A DNA stretch of 43,542 nt, taken from the IMG/VR virus record IMGVR_UViG_3300047409_000209, positions 1 to 43,542 of that record; one strand, given 5' to 3'. The position numbers and the translations under genes were made by a program. Origin of the DNA: a virus (taxonomy: Duplodnaviria > Caudoviricetes). Below the pieces are notes generated by a model. It was not told where the DNA came from. It searched no databases and was given only the letters and a program-made list of their open reading frames with translations. Positions 9,231 through 18,600 of this stretch are shown here, in pieces (within the stretch, counting starts at the first letter, position 1; each line of letters begins with the position of its first letter).

Positions 9231-9236
9231 AATGAA

Positions 9237-9518
9237 ATGGCTGATGGCGAAACGAACAAATGGGTTGGGATCTGGAAACCGATCCTGTCCTTCTTTGTCG
9301 GTGTCATTGTTGCTTCTTTCACGGTGGGAAGCGCACGGCAGAAGGTCAGGGAGCTTGTCACATGGAAAGATCAAATCGCGCCGAAGATTGAGCGCATGGA
9401 CAGCGTGGGCTCCCTCTCATTCGATCATTTCCATAAGCAATACGAGAAGGACCAGTCGCGAATCGATGATCGGCTGAAGGAGTTGGAAAAGGAAGTGAGG
9501 GAGCTAGAGAAGAGATGA
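9237..9518 (+). CDS. Membrane-anchored coiled-coil protein (lysis accessory candidate)
   Basis: One N-terminal transmembrane helix and a charged coiled-coil tail. Confidence 0.65.
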   Translation: MADGETNKWVGIWKPILSFFVGVIVASFTVGSARQKVRELVTWKDQIAPKIERMDSVGSLSFDHFHKQYEKDQSRIDDRLKELEKEVRELEKR

Positions 9519-9519
9519 G

Positions 9520-9601
9520 GCCCACTAAACACACGGAAAACTCTAAAAGGGCAGAAGATTTCCCCTTCTTAACTTTCGTTTCTTTCGTGTGTTTAGTGGG
9601 C
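9520..9601. repeat. Hairpin repeat family B, copy 1
   Basis: GCCCACTAAACACACG pairs with CGTGTGTTTAGTGGGC, a perfect 16-bp terminal stem. Confidence 0.92.
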
Positions 9602-9614
9602 AAAAAATCCTAAT

Positions 9615-9800
9615 ATGGACCTGCAAACCTTATCCACTTTCGCGCTCGCGAAGATGCTGAACGATTGCGCCGAGGGCAGCGCGCTCCAGCGCGCAGTGCA
9701 GAATGAGCTGCACAACCGGGCCGACCAACATAAGGACAACGAGACACCGTGGCTCTTAACCGAGGAAGAACGTAAAGCCATCAAAACCGGTAAGCTATGA
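9615..9800 (+). CDS. 61-aa hypothetical protein
   Basis: Fills the space between repeats B1 and A2. Confidence 0.6.
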   Translation: MDLQTLSTFALAKMLNDCAEGSALQRAVQNELHNRADQHKDNETPWLLTEEERKAIKTGKL

Positions 9801-9808
9801 GCAGAGGA

Positions 9809-9897
9809 TCTCACACAACGTCCACGAAGGGCACGAAGGAATACCGGCAGTTAGTGAGCTTTGTGTTCCTTTGTGGACTTTGTGTGAGGCATTTCCC
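9809..9897. repeat. Hairpin repeat family A, copy 2
   Basis: CTCACACAACGTCCACGAAGG...CCTTTGTGGACTTTGTGTGAGGCATTTCCC directly before an ATG. Confidence 0.92.
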
Positions 9898-10221
9898 ATG
9901 TTAGAAGAGGACCAGAAAGTATTTAAGCTCACGGCCGCGGGCACGACGCACATGCTCACCAAGACTGGTTACATCGTGGGCGTCATCGTTACGGAGGCCG
10001 CCCCTGGCGTTTCCATCACGATCCAGGACAAATCGGCTACACCGAACAAGGTGCTGATGGCCGCTGTCGCTACAATCGGAGCGACCAGTGACGCGCTCGT
10101 TAAACAATGGACGCCGCCGCAGCCGGTGCGGATGAATGGCGGCATCGATATTGTGGCCCTGGGCGCTGGCGAAGTTTATGTCTGGATCTTTTATCTCTAC
10201 GAACCGGACGCGCAAACATGA
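9898..10221 (+). CDS. Small beta-sandwich protein (decoration/spike-like), paralog of 41366-41794
   Basis: ITIQDKSATPNKVL...GGIDIVALG versus ITIRSKEATPKIL...SGIDIVTAG. Confidence 0.65.
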   Translation: MLEEDQKVFKLTAAGTTHMLTKTGYIVGVIVTEAAPGVSITIQDKSATPNKVLMAAVATIGATSDALVKQWTPPQPVRMNGGIDIVALGAGEVYVWIFYLYEPDAQT

Positions 10222-10230
10222 GCAGAAGAG

Positions 10231-10318
10231 CTCACACAAAGTCCACGAAGGACACGAAGAAACACGAGGAGTTAGTGACCTTTGTGTTCCTTTGTGACCT
10301 TGGTGTGAGGCATTTCCC
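10231..10318. repeat. Hairpin repeat family A, copy 3
   Basis: CTCACACAAAGTCCACGAAGG...TGTGAGGCATTTCCC, bracketed by the direct repeat CATGAGC at 10217 and 10318. Confidence 0.92.
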
Positions 10319-12079
10319 ATGAGCCGCTGGGCAGCATACGGCAAGCTGGATTCGCGAGTTGTCGAGGATGGGGACAACGCTTTTACCGGCGTGGATATGA
10401 CGCGGGATCGCGCGCTCTTACAGCCGGGCACTCTCGCGCGATCAGAGAATAAACGGCTGCGCATCGGCGCCGCGGCTACGCGGCTGGGGAATGTGCAGGC
10501 GCCGGATTTCCAGCCGGCGTTTATCAACACGTTCATCGGCTCCGGCATTTATTCTAACCCGAACGGGGACGAAGTGATGCTGGTGGCGGAGCTGGGCGCC
10601 ACTTATGTGTGGGCGCTCCAATACGGGAAGGACGCTTACAAGGTGAACCTGGTCGCCGGCCAAACTTTGGTGGGCGCGGCAGGTGTCGAGTTTGTGCAGG
10701 CGTTTGATAAGGTGCTGCTCCTGCGCCGGCCAAGCACCGTGGGGCCGCCGCTGATATGGGACGGCACCGCGGCCGGCACGTTTAACGTTGTGACACAGCC
10801 GGTCGGCAGTTTCGGGCTTATCCCGAATGTGTGGAACGGCGAGCCTTACCAAAGCAGGGTGCTTTATTACAACGCGCAATACCCTGCGACCCCGTGGAGC
10901 TACCAGTTTATCATGTCGGACCTGCTCCAGTATTCCGGTTACGACCCGGACTCAGCTACCTTTGAAGTGAACGCCGGCGAGAGCGATTGGATCACCCGGC
11001 TGTGGCCTTACTTCGATGAAGGCGTGGTGGTGTTCAAACGGCGGAGCACGCATCTGGCACAAAATTTTAATATCGATCCGAACCTGATGACTGAGCGCGT
11101 GTTATCGCGCCGCATCGGGCTGTGCGCTACCAAGTGTGTGCTGGAATGGGGCCCGAACCTCGCCTTTCTCTCGGAGCCGGGCGGCATCTATAAGCTTAAC
11201 CAACCGATCCAAAACCTTATCGCCACCGATCCCCTGCCGATCAGTGAACCGATACAACCGGTGATCGACCGGATCCGGTGGAGCACGGCGGAGATATGGG
11301 CGTGCGCCGCGGCCCTGGGCGAATACGGTTATTTCGCGGTGCCACTGGACAACGCAACGGCTAACAACGCTGTGCTGGTGTTAAACCTCACAAACGGCCA
11401 ATGGGAAAGCGTGCCGGATAGATGGAGCGATCCCACCTTTCTCATTCACGCGCTGCACGTGACGCAGTATCAGGGCGGCCGCGCGCTCTTTGGCGTTGAT
11501 TATGTAAACAAGAAAATCTACGCGCTCTACCAGCAGGCAGGGTTTGATGAAATGAATGGGGACCGCAAACCGATCACGGATCTCATTGAAACCCGCGGCT
11601 ACACGTGCGGGGATGCCAGGGCATTCAAACGTTACTCGCGCGCGATCGCAAACTTGCGCACCTCGGATCCGCTCGTAACGGTGAGCGCGATCAGCGACGG
11701 AGTGAACGAGGTAAAGCTGCTTAACCCGGTGCCGCTCACCAAGGATCGGCTCAAATTTTATCCGCACGGGCACGATGATTTTGACCCGGTGGATGGGGAC
11801 CCGCTCGAGCCGAAGCGAGAAGATTACAGCGTGGCCAATGCGACGGATAATTTTGTGGGCGAAGATTACGAGCTCATCCCGATCGGCCCGATAAGCGAGA
11901 TCCCGCCGGGCGATCAAACCGCGCCCGGTCCGAGCCAGGAAACGCGGGAACCTTTCAGTGTGCGCGTAAACGCGCGCTGGATTTCCCTGCGCATCGAGAA
12001 CCTGAGCGGCGTGTGCGACGTGCTGGCGACCGGGATCGAAGCGACGGCGAGCGCGATGGAAACGAAAACCGCGGCCTAA
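10319..12079 (+). CDS. Tail tubular B / DNA stabilisation protein (P22 gp10-like)
   Basis: 586 aa with an FTGVD...LQPG...SEN N-terminus and beta-propeller-like body, located upstream of the ejection genes. Confidence 0.65.
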   Translation: MSRWAAYGKLDSRVVEDGDNAFTGVDMTRDRALLQPGTLARSENKRLRIGAAATRLGNVQAPDFQPAFINTFIGSGIYSNPNGDEVMLVAELGATYVWALQYGKDAYKVNLVAGQTLVGAAGVEFVQAFDKVLLLRRPSTVGPPLIWDGTAAGTFNVVTQPVGSFGLIPNVWNGEPYQSRVLYYNAQYPATPWSYQFIMSDLLQYSGYDPDSATFEVNAGESDWITRLWPYFDEGVVVFKRRSTHLAQNFNIDPNLMTERVLSRRIGLCATKCVLEWGPNLAFLSEPGGIYKLNQPIQNLIATDPLPISEPIQPVIDRIRWSTAEIWACAAALGEYGYFAVPLDNATANNAVLVLNLTNGQWESVPDRWSDPTFLIHALHVTQYQGGRALFGVDYVNKKIYALYQQAGFDEMNGDRKPITDLIETRGYTCGDARAFKRYSRAIANLRTSDPLVTVSAISDGVNEVKLLNPVPLTKDRLKFYPHGHDDFDPVDGDPLEPKREDYSVANATDNFVGEDYELIPIGPISEIPPGDQTAPGPSQETREPFSVRVNARWISLRIENLSGVCDVLATGIEATASAMETKTAA

Positions 12080-12089
12080 GAAGAGATGA

Positions 12090-12169
12090 GCCCACTAAAC
12101 ACACGAAACAAACTAAAAGGGGAGATTTTCTCTCTCTTAACTTTCGTTTCTTTCGTGTGTTTAGTGGGC
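12090..12169. repeat. Hairpin repeat family B, copy 2
   Basis: GCCCACTAAACACACGAAA pairs with TTTCGTGTGTTTAGTGGGC. Confidence 0.92.
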
Positions 12170-12180
12170 AGAAAATCCCC

Positions 12181-12276
12181 ATGATGACAACGGCTAACTT
12201 TATCATCCACATCCTCTACCTGGTAGCGCTTGTGTCGATCGTGTTATCCCTGCGGAGCATTGATCGGAAACTTTAA
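12181..12276 (+). CDS. 31-aa single-transmembrane peptide
   Basis: MMTTANFIIHILYLVALVSIVLSLRSIDRKL; its stop abuts the next ATG. Confidence 0.5.
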   Translation: MMTTANFIIHILYLVALVSIVLSLRSIDRKL

Positions 12277-12666
12277 ATGATAACCAAGGAGCACAACTTC
12301 AAGCCGGTTGACCTGGGGCCAACAGCCATACAGAGAGCTGCCGCGTGCTACCGGGATTGGTTGCCGGATGTGAAATTTGAAGAGGACGTGGCTTTCTACC
12401 TGGCGCACGGGTGCGTGATCTCCAGGCCGGATTGCTTCGGCATGGCCCGGGTGATCGAGGGCCCGCGCACGAAACAGCCCGCGTGGTTTGTGCGCATGTC
12501 GGTGGGTCCGCTGGACGTGCTGATGAGCGCGCTGCCCTACCCGTTACCGGAAATTTGTTTGTGCAGAGGTAAGAAAGGCGACCTGCGGATTCGCAGTTAT
12601 TCGTTTGCGAGAATGTTAGAGATACTAAAAGGAGAAAAATTATATGGGCGGCGGACAACAAAGTAA
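12277..12666 (+). CDS. Hypothetical protein, possibly a GNAT-like virion assembly factor
   Basis: Size and position between the stabilisation and ejection genes (P22 gp14 / T7 gp13 position). Function is inference only. Confidence 0.5.
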   Translation: MITKEHNFKPVDLGPTAIQRAAACYRDWLPDVKFEEDVAFYLAHGCVISRPDCFGMARVIEGPRTKQPAWFVRMSVGPLDVLMSALPYPLPEICLCRGKKGDLRIRSYSFARMLEILKGEKLYGRRTTK

Positions 12667-12958
12667 CCCGGCACAGGATAGCTGGCAGCAATACCAGCAA
12701 CAACAAACTTACAAGGATTTGGGCAACAGCCTGTCACAAGGTTTCCAAAGGGCAGGCGCAAGCGTGGCTGGAGCTAACTCCGGCTTGTCTGGACAAGTGG
12801 CATCGGCACCCCAGGCCGGAGGCTATCCGGCAGCTGCCGGACAGGCAGGCCCAAGCTACGGCGCATCAGGGCCGTTGTTCGCTCAGCAAGGAGCCAGCGG
12901 CGGGATCGATCAACAACAGCTCGCGCAGATTCTGCGCGCGCTAGGATACGGAGGATAA
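12644..12958 (+). CDS. Gly/Gln-rich internal virion protein candidate
   Basis: MGGGQQ start, AGGAGA ribosome site, low complexity. Confidence 0.65.
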   Translation: MGGGQQSNPAQDSWQQYQQQQTYKDLGNSLSQGFQRAGASVAGANSGLSGQVASAPQAGGYPAAAGQAGPSYGASGPLFAQQGASGGIDQQQLAQILRALGYGG

Positions 12959-12962
12959 CATT

Positions 12963-13802
12963 ATGGGCGGAGGAGGAGCACCAAGCATTCCACAACAAAG
13001 TCTCGGCAACGAGCTGGGCGACGTTCTGCATTACCTGCCGCAGTTTACGCAGGCGCAATATAATTTATCAAACCAATACGCGCCGCAATATGCGCAGCAG
13101 GACATAAACCTGAGCAAACAGACTGTGCCGCAATACGCGCAGCTCGGGCTGGATACTACCAAGCAATTTGGCGGACAATACGGACAAGCGGGGTTCGATA
13201 TTGCGAACAAACTCGCACCGCAATACCTGGGACTAAACCAAAGCCAGATGGCACAGAGTATCGCCGGTTCGCCGCTTCTCAAAGAAGCGAACGCGCAGGT
13301 GCTGGGGCGGCTCCAGCAGAAGGGCCAGCTTAGCCCGCAGGAAGCTTACCAGGACACACAAAACACGCTCGGAGCTTTTGCCGGCCGTAACAACGTGTTT
13401 AACCAGGCCGCGGCGCAAAGCTTCCTGAACCGTGATGCCCTGGTGCGCCAGCGTCAGGACCAGGCATTGCAGCAGGCGGAGGGTTTGCAGGCCTCAAACC
13501 TGGGCACATTTCAGGGGACAGGCGGAGCGGTGCAACCGCCGAATTATGCCGGCTACGCGCAAGCACCGAACCTCGCGGCATACGGCGCACCCGGCGCGAG
13601 CTACGCGCCCATGCAGGCAGGCTTGGGCGCTACTTCCGGCGAAACAAATTCGCTACTCGGCTTCGGGCAGAACATCTTTGATGCAAACCAGAACGCCGCG
13701 GCTACGCAAAACATCGCCGCATCTAACAAGAGCGGAGGCTTAACCGGCGCGGGCATCGGTGCCGCAGGCGCGATCGGCGGCGGATTACTGGCGGCCTTAT
13801 GA
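12963..13802 (+). CDS. DNA ejection / pilot protein candidate
   Basis: Q/A/G-rich with a GAGIGAAGAIGGGLL glycine-zipper C-terminus. Confidence 0.7.
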   Translation: MGGGGAPSIPQQSLGNELGDVLHYLPQFTQAQYNLSNQYAPQYAQQDINLSKQTVPQYAQLGLDTTKQFGGQYGQAGFDIANKLAPQYLGLNQSQMAQSIAGSPLLKEANAQVLGRLQQKGQLSPQEAYQDTQNTLGAFAGRNNVFNQAAAQSFLNRDALVRQRQDQALQQAEGLQASNLGTFQGTGGAVQPPNYAGYAQAPNLAAYGAPGASYAPMQAGLGATSGETNSLLGFGQNIFDANQNAAATQNIAASNKSGGLTGAGIGAAGAIGGGLLAAL

Positions 13803-13808
13803 AATTGA

Positions 13809-13889
13809 TCTCGCACAAAGTCCACAACGGTTCACTAAGGTTTGTAAATTTCGGAAACCTTCGTGTTCCTTCGTGCCCTTTGTGTGAGG
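13809..13889. repeat. Hairpin repeat family A, copy 4
   Basis: CTCGCACAAAGTCCACAACGG...CTTCGTGCCCTTTGTGTGAG. Confidence 0.85.
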
Positions 13890-13899
13890 AATAAATCGA

Positions 13900-14802
13900 A
13901 TGAATCTTCAGGATAAAATAGCGCACGCGAAACACCTCATCTACGAATGGGGCGCCGGGCAGGCTGTGCTCCTTTGCAGCTTCGGGAAAGATAGCATGGT
14001 GCTCCTGGATTTAATCCGGCAGGTGTTACCCGCGAGGACCGGCCGCGGCCGGATGAATTGCCATTCCTACCCGCTGCCGGTGATCTATCATCGGCATCCT
14101 TATTTCCCGGCGAAGCACGAATTTGCCGATAGCGTGATCCGATCGTGGATGCTCGAGGTTTACGATTTTCCGCCTGTCGCCTGTGGAGTGAAGTGCAGAG
14201 GTCAGCGGTCAGAGGTCGGAGGTCGGCTGGAATTGGTGACGCGCTATCAAATAGGCAACGGCGTGATCGATCTGCCCATGAACACCGAGGCGCCGATCGA
14301 GCGCCGGCCGTTCGTGTGCGGCTTGCAATGGCTTACCAGGCCCAAAACTTTAGGCGCGCAATGGCCGTGGGAAACCGTTTTCATCGGCCACAAATCCAGC
14401 GACGTGGATCCATACGAAGGCCCGGTGCCACTCAAAGCAGATCGTGTTGAAACTGCCGGGGTGAACGCCGTCTTTCCGCTACGGCATTGGACCGACCAGG
14501 ACGTATGGGATTACACCGAGCTAAACGCGGTGCCCTACGATAAGCGGCGTTACGTAAATCGCGGTGAATTCTCAGACAAGTGGTTGAACCCTGATTACAT
14601 ACATGCGTGCACGGCATGTATCGACCCGCGCGTGAATTCCAAGACCGTGCTCTGCCCGAAACTGGGCGGCGAGCTGGTGCGTAACATGGGACCGACCGTG
14701 ATGCGCATGGAAACTTTGCCGGATTATATCGACAAAATGAATCAGGAAAGCAGGAAAGCAGGAAAGGAAGAGGAGGAGATAAGCAATGCCATTCACAGTT
14801 AG
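13900..14802 (+). CDS. PAPS reductase-family (PP-loop) protein
   Basis: SFGKDSMVL PP-loop, FPLRHWTDQDVWDY and a CTAC motif. Confidence 0.85.
   Translation: MNLQDKIAHAKHLIYEWGAGQAVLLCSFGKDSMVLLDLIRQVLPARTGRGRMNCHSYPLPVIYHRHPYFPAKHEFADSVIRSWMLEVYDFPPVACGVKCRGQRSEVGGRLELVTRYQIGNGVIDLPMNTEAPIERRPFVCGLQWLTRPKTLGAQWPWETVFIGHKSSDVDPYEGPVPLKADRVETAGVNAVFPLRHWTDQDVWDYTELNAVPYDKRRYVNRGEFSDKWLNPDYIHACTACIDPRVNSKTVLCPKLGGELVRNMGPTVMRMETLPDYIDKMNQESRKAGKEEEEISNAIHS
14196..14226. repeat. Heptamer repeat (AGAGGTC)n inside a CDS
   Basis: cagaggtcagcggtcagaggtcggaggtcgg, read as RGQRSEVGGR. Also at 38727-38758 and 38823-38851. Confidence 0.85.
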
Positions 14803-15643
14803 CCCCGCCGCTTACCGCGGCGGCGATTATTTATTCCAGGGAATCACAAATGCAGCGCAGGGAATCACCGGCGCGATCAAGCAATACACGGATCTCGCGG
14901 ATCAAACCACGCAATCCGATGCGCTGATGAAATACCTTAGCCAGCAGACAGATCCCACCACGGGGAAGCCGATCATCAGCCCGGGCACTTTACAGGATTA
15001 CCAGAATCATAGTATGCGGCAACGGGCGTTTATCGCCGGCGGCATTAACGCCGGGCAGCAGTTTGCTAATACCTTGTCGCACCTGGGTTACGCGAACCGG
15101 GAAACGCAGCAACGCGGGAATTATTATCAAGCCGAGGCGGCGAAAGCTTACGCGGATGCCGCGAGCGGCGGGAGCGGCGCGGACTCGGGGAAGATTTGGT
15201 GCAACGAGTTAAACGGCATGGCCACGCCTACCCAGTGCAATAACGCGAGGCTTAAGACTACAGGCGGCCAGCTCCAGCAAAACTACGGGCTTAAACCGGA
15301 TGACATATTTAATTCAAACATCCACGAGGCGGGCACGGCGGCAGTGGATCCCAGCACGGGCGCTAAAACGTTTACGAATAACGCGCAGGGCGACCAGATC
15401 CGCATAGGCGGCCCGACCGGGGTAGTAATGCCTCGAGCCGAATTTGAGATTTATAAGCGCCAGCTCAACATGAGCGGGTTTCAACCTGGGGGAACTGCTC
15501 CCGCGGCCGCGGGCGGCGGAGGTGCCGGCGCAGCCCCTGCCGTGGCATCGCGCGGCGCGCCGCAGGTGGGCGAGCGGCGTGTTATCCAGGGACAACCGGC
15601 CGTGTGGGACGGGACGGGCTGGAAAGCAGCGGCGGGACAGTAA
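14786..15643 (+). CDS. Internal virion / ejection protein candidate
   Basis: 285 aa between the ejection-like genes and the giant gene; ends VWDGTGWK. Confidence 0.65.
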   Translation: MPFTVSPAAYRGGDYLFQGITNAAQGITGAIKQYTDLADQTTQSDALMKYLSQQTDPTTGKPIISPGTLQDYQNHSMRQRAFIAGGINAGQQFANTLSHLGYANRETQQRGNYYQAEAAKAYADAASGGSGADSGKIWCNELNGMATPTQCNNARLKTTGGQLQQNYGLKPDDIFNSNIHEAGTAAVDPSTGAKTFTNNAQGDQIRIGGPTGVVMPRAEFEIYKRQLNMSGFQPGGTAPAAAGGGGAGAAPAVASRGAPQVGERRVIQGQPAVWDGTGWKAAAGQ

Positions 15644-15647
15644 TGCC

Positions 15648-18600
15648 GTGGCCGACGAATATCTAAGCACCGATCCAAATGCCGGGGCCGTAGCGACGGC
15701 ACCGGAGCAGCCGAACTATCTAAGCACTGACCCGAACGCCGGGATAAGCAGCGATCCGGCGCTGGCGGGCATCCGCGCGAATTACTCGAAAGAGTTAAGC
15801 GATCCTAACGTGGCGGGGAAACTCTATTCCCTTACCCATCAGGAAGTGGGCACACAGGGACCAGCCGCGCAGCAAGCCTTTGTGGAAACCGTGTTTAACC
15901 GGGCAGCGGCCCGCGGCATGACTCTGGCGCAGACAGTGAGCGACCCAAATTACTACCCGGCGGTGAGCTTGCGACCTACGGCCTTAAGCCAGGACCACAT
16001 AGACCATTATGAAGGCCTCGCCGCGAACGCAGTGCAAGGCAGCAACATTTCTAATTACGCGACAGGGAACGCTTCCGGCACCGTAGGTTTCGACGGAGGC
16101 CCGCAGACGTTTAAGGCCGGTGGCGAGCGCTTCGGGATAGAAGGGCATGATCTAGGGTGGGCGCAGAACTTCGACCAAATGCAACAAGGCGCGCCGGTGC
16201 AGCGGGTGGATACCTACACGCGCGTAGAGAAAGCCGTGCCGGTGCAGGAAGTGGAGCACCAGGTGGCGCGGGCTTACCCGGTGAACGGTCCGCGGCCGCC
16301 ATTGCCCAAGGGCCCCGATACGTTGAACGCGCCGCCACAGGCGACACCGGGCGGCTACCTTTCTACCGACCCTGACGCCGGCTTAACCCCGCCCGCGCTA
16401 GCCGCGCCCGAGGGCGATTTCCCGCTGGCGAAAGCACTGGTGCCGCCGCAATTCACTAACTTTATGCCGCAGCAGGTGGCGCCTACGCAGAGCGGCAAGC
16501 TGCCCGAGCAACCGCCGCCGGATATACTTGCAAGCCCGGAAGCCTACGCGCAAAGCGTATCGACCGGGCAGGACTTTACGCCGGCGGAAATGGAGCGCGC
16601 GAACAAGCTTTGGCAAACCCGCCTGGTGAATCTGCCGAAAGTGAAAGAGGGCGATATATCCGCGAGCGGCCAAAAGCTAAGCAGCTTCGACGCCGCCACA
16701 GTGAATATGGCCCGCGGCTTCGCTTCCGGGCTTACCTCGATGGAAGGTTTGTTCGGGCTTATCCCGCCGGTGGGCTTGGCGGAGATGTTGACGAACGCGC
16801 CGCATTTAATCGATGCGGTGCACGCCGCGGAGCAAACACCGGCATGGAGCCAGGACCGGTGGGAAGCTGGGCTGAATGTAATCACGTCGCTAGTCGGCGC
16901 GGGCTTACTGGGCAAAGCCACCATAGAAGCTGGTATAGCCGGGATTCCGAAAGCGGAGGCAAAACCTGGAACATCAATGGCACCCGCTGCCGCCGCCGCT
17001 CCCGCTGGCGAAGCAGGCGCAGCTCCCGCCGGTGAAGCTGCGGCCGGTCCAGCGCCACCAGGTGAAGCAGGTGCAACCGCCGCCACGCCGCCGCGCACCT
17101 GGGCGAATGTGGCCGAGGAATTAAGGTGGCTGGCAAAGAATGATCCCGCGCAATTCAAGGTTCGATTTGCCGAGGAAATGGCCAAGCGCCAGAATGGGGA
17201 ATACGATGTAAAGACCGACACGGAGCCGGTAAGTGGCGTACCACCGAAGCCGCCGCCGACACAACCGACCGCCGCGGCGCCGGGACCAGCACCCGAGACA
17301 CCCGCACCCGCGGCCGCAGCACCAACTGCCGAGGCGCCAACCGCACCTGCACCTGCGCCGGCCGCACCCGTGACTACTGGGCCCGTAGCGGTGCCGGAAG
17401 CGATCACTGAGGAGTTGGCTGCGCGCGGAATGAAACCCGCGCAAATCGCCGCTTTATCCGCAGGGCAAGCTGCTAACCTGGTGTTGCAACCGGCGCTGGA
17501 TGAAATTGCAGCCGGCACGGCTGCCACCACAGCACCAGCTCCTGTAGCGGCAGGCGTGTCGCCTGCGGCACCCGCGGCACCGTCAAAAGCGGATGCGGTC
17601 GATAACCTGGGAATAATGGAGCAAGAACAAATGCTTCAGCGCGAGTCCGCGAGCGTGCGGGCTCAGGTTGGCGTGATAGCGCAGCGTAACGGAATTTCTC
17701 ACACAGACGCTTATGTGCAATATCTGCGCGACAAAGAAGCACCGGCCGCCGCCGCACCCTCGATCGATCTTAGCCAGCTACCCGACCAGGAACCGCCAAC
17801 ACCCGCTGCCACCACCCCCGAGCCGACCACCGCGACCGCGACCCAAACCAGCGACAACCCCATTTACCCGAATGTCCCATTATCGCAGATCACGCTTTCC
17901 AAAGACGTGCCGCAATTCAAATCCGGCGCGGATGAAAACGGCATCGTGGAACCCCTGGCCGGCAAACCCGAGCGGGCAGGCATGGCGCCGGTGCAACTAT
18001 GGCGGCGCCTCAACGGGCAACTGGAATTGATCTCCGGCCGGCACCGGTTCGATCTCTTCCAGCGCTCCGGGGAAAAGACTATTCCAGCGCAAATTTACAA
18101 TGAGGCGGATGGATTTGATAAGCGCCGGGCCGCAAGGCTTGACGCGGAACTAAACATAAGAGACAACCAGGGGAGCATAGCAGATTATGCCAACTACTTC
18201 AGGAACTCAGGGATCACGCAAGAGGCAGCCCAAGCCAGAGGACTTCTGGCGCGAGGAGCTGGCAAGGCCGGATTCGCAATCGCGCGAGGAGGGGGCGAAT
18301 CGCTCTTTGCATTACATCAGTCTGGTAGGCTTACCGACGCGCAGGCTCAAGCGATCGCAGAAGCCGCGCCCGGGAACGAAGGATTCCAGCGCGTAGGCAT
18401 ACAGAACGCGCTGGCCGGCCGCAGCGGCCAATCGATCAGCAATCTACTGCGCGCGTTTAAGGCGGGAAGCGATGCCGAGCCGGAGCTCGAGCAGCCGGAG
18501 CTCCTTTCCGCCGGCGATCCCGCCATGAAGCGGATGGCAAAGGCAGCCGAGCGCGCCGGCAAAGTGCAACGCGAGATCGGCCAGCGCGTCATCGCCATAG

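Noticed and set aside
9520-12169. CRISPR array formed by the recurring hairpins
   Set aside because: Copies are 80-90 nt, imperfect and separated by whole genes; no cas genes.
15522-15647. Track start of the 2488-aa ORF
   Set aside because: It overlaps the upstream gene by over 120 nt; GTG 15648 just after the upstream stop is more plausible.
16544-17530. Long minus-strand ORFs (also 2540-3352, 30016-31047, 35410-36501)
   Set aside because: Antisense shadows of GC-rich + strand genes with no recognisable motifs.
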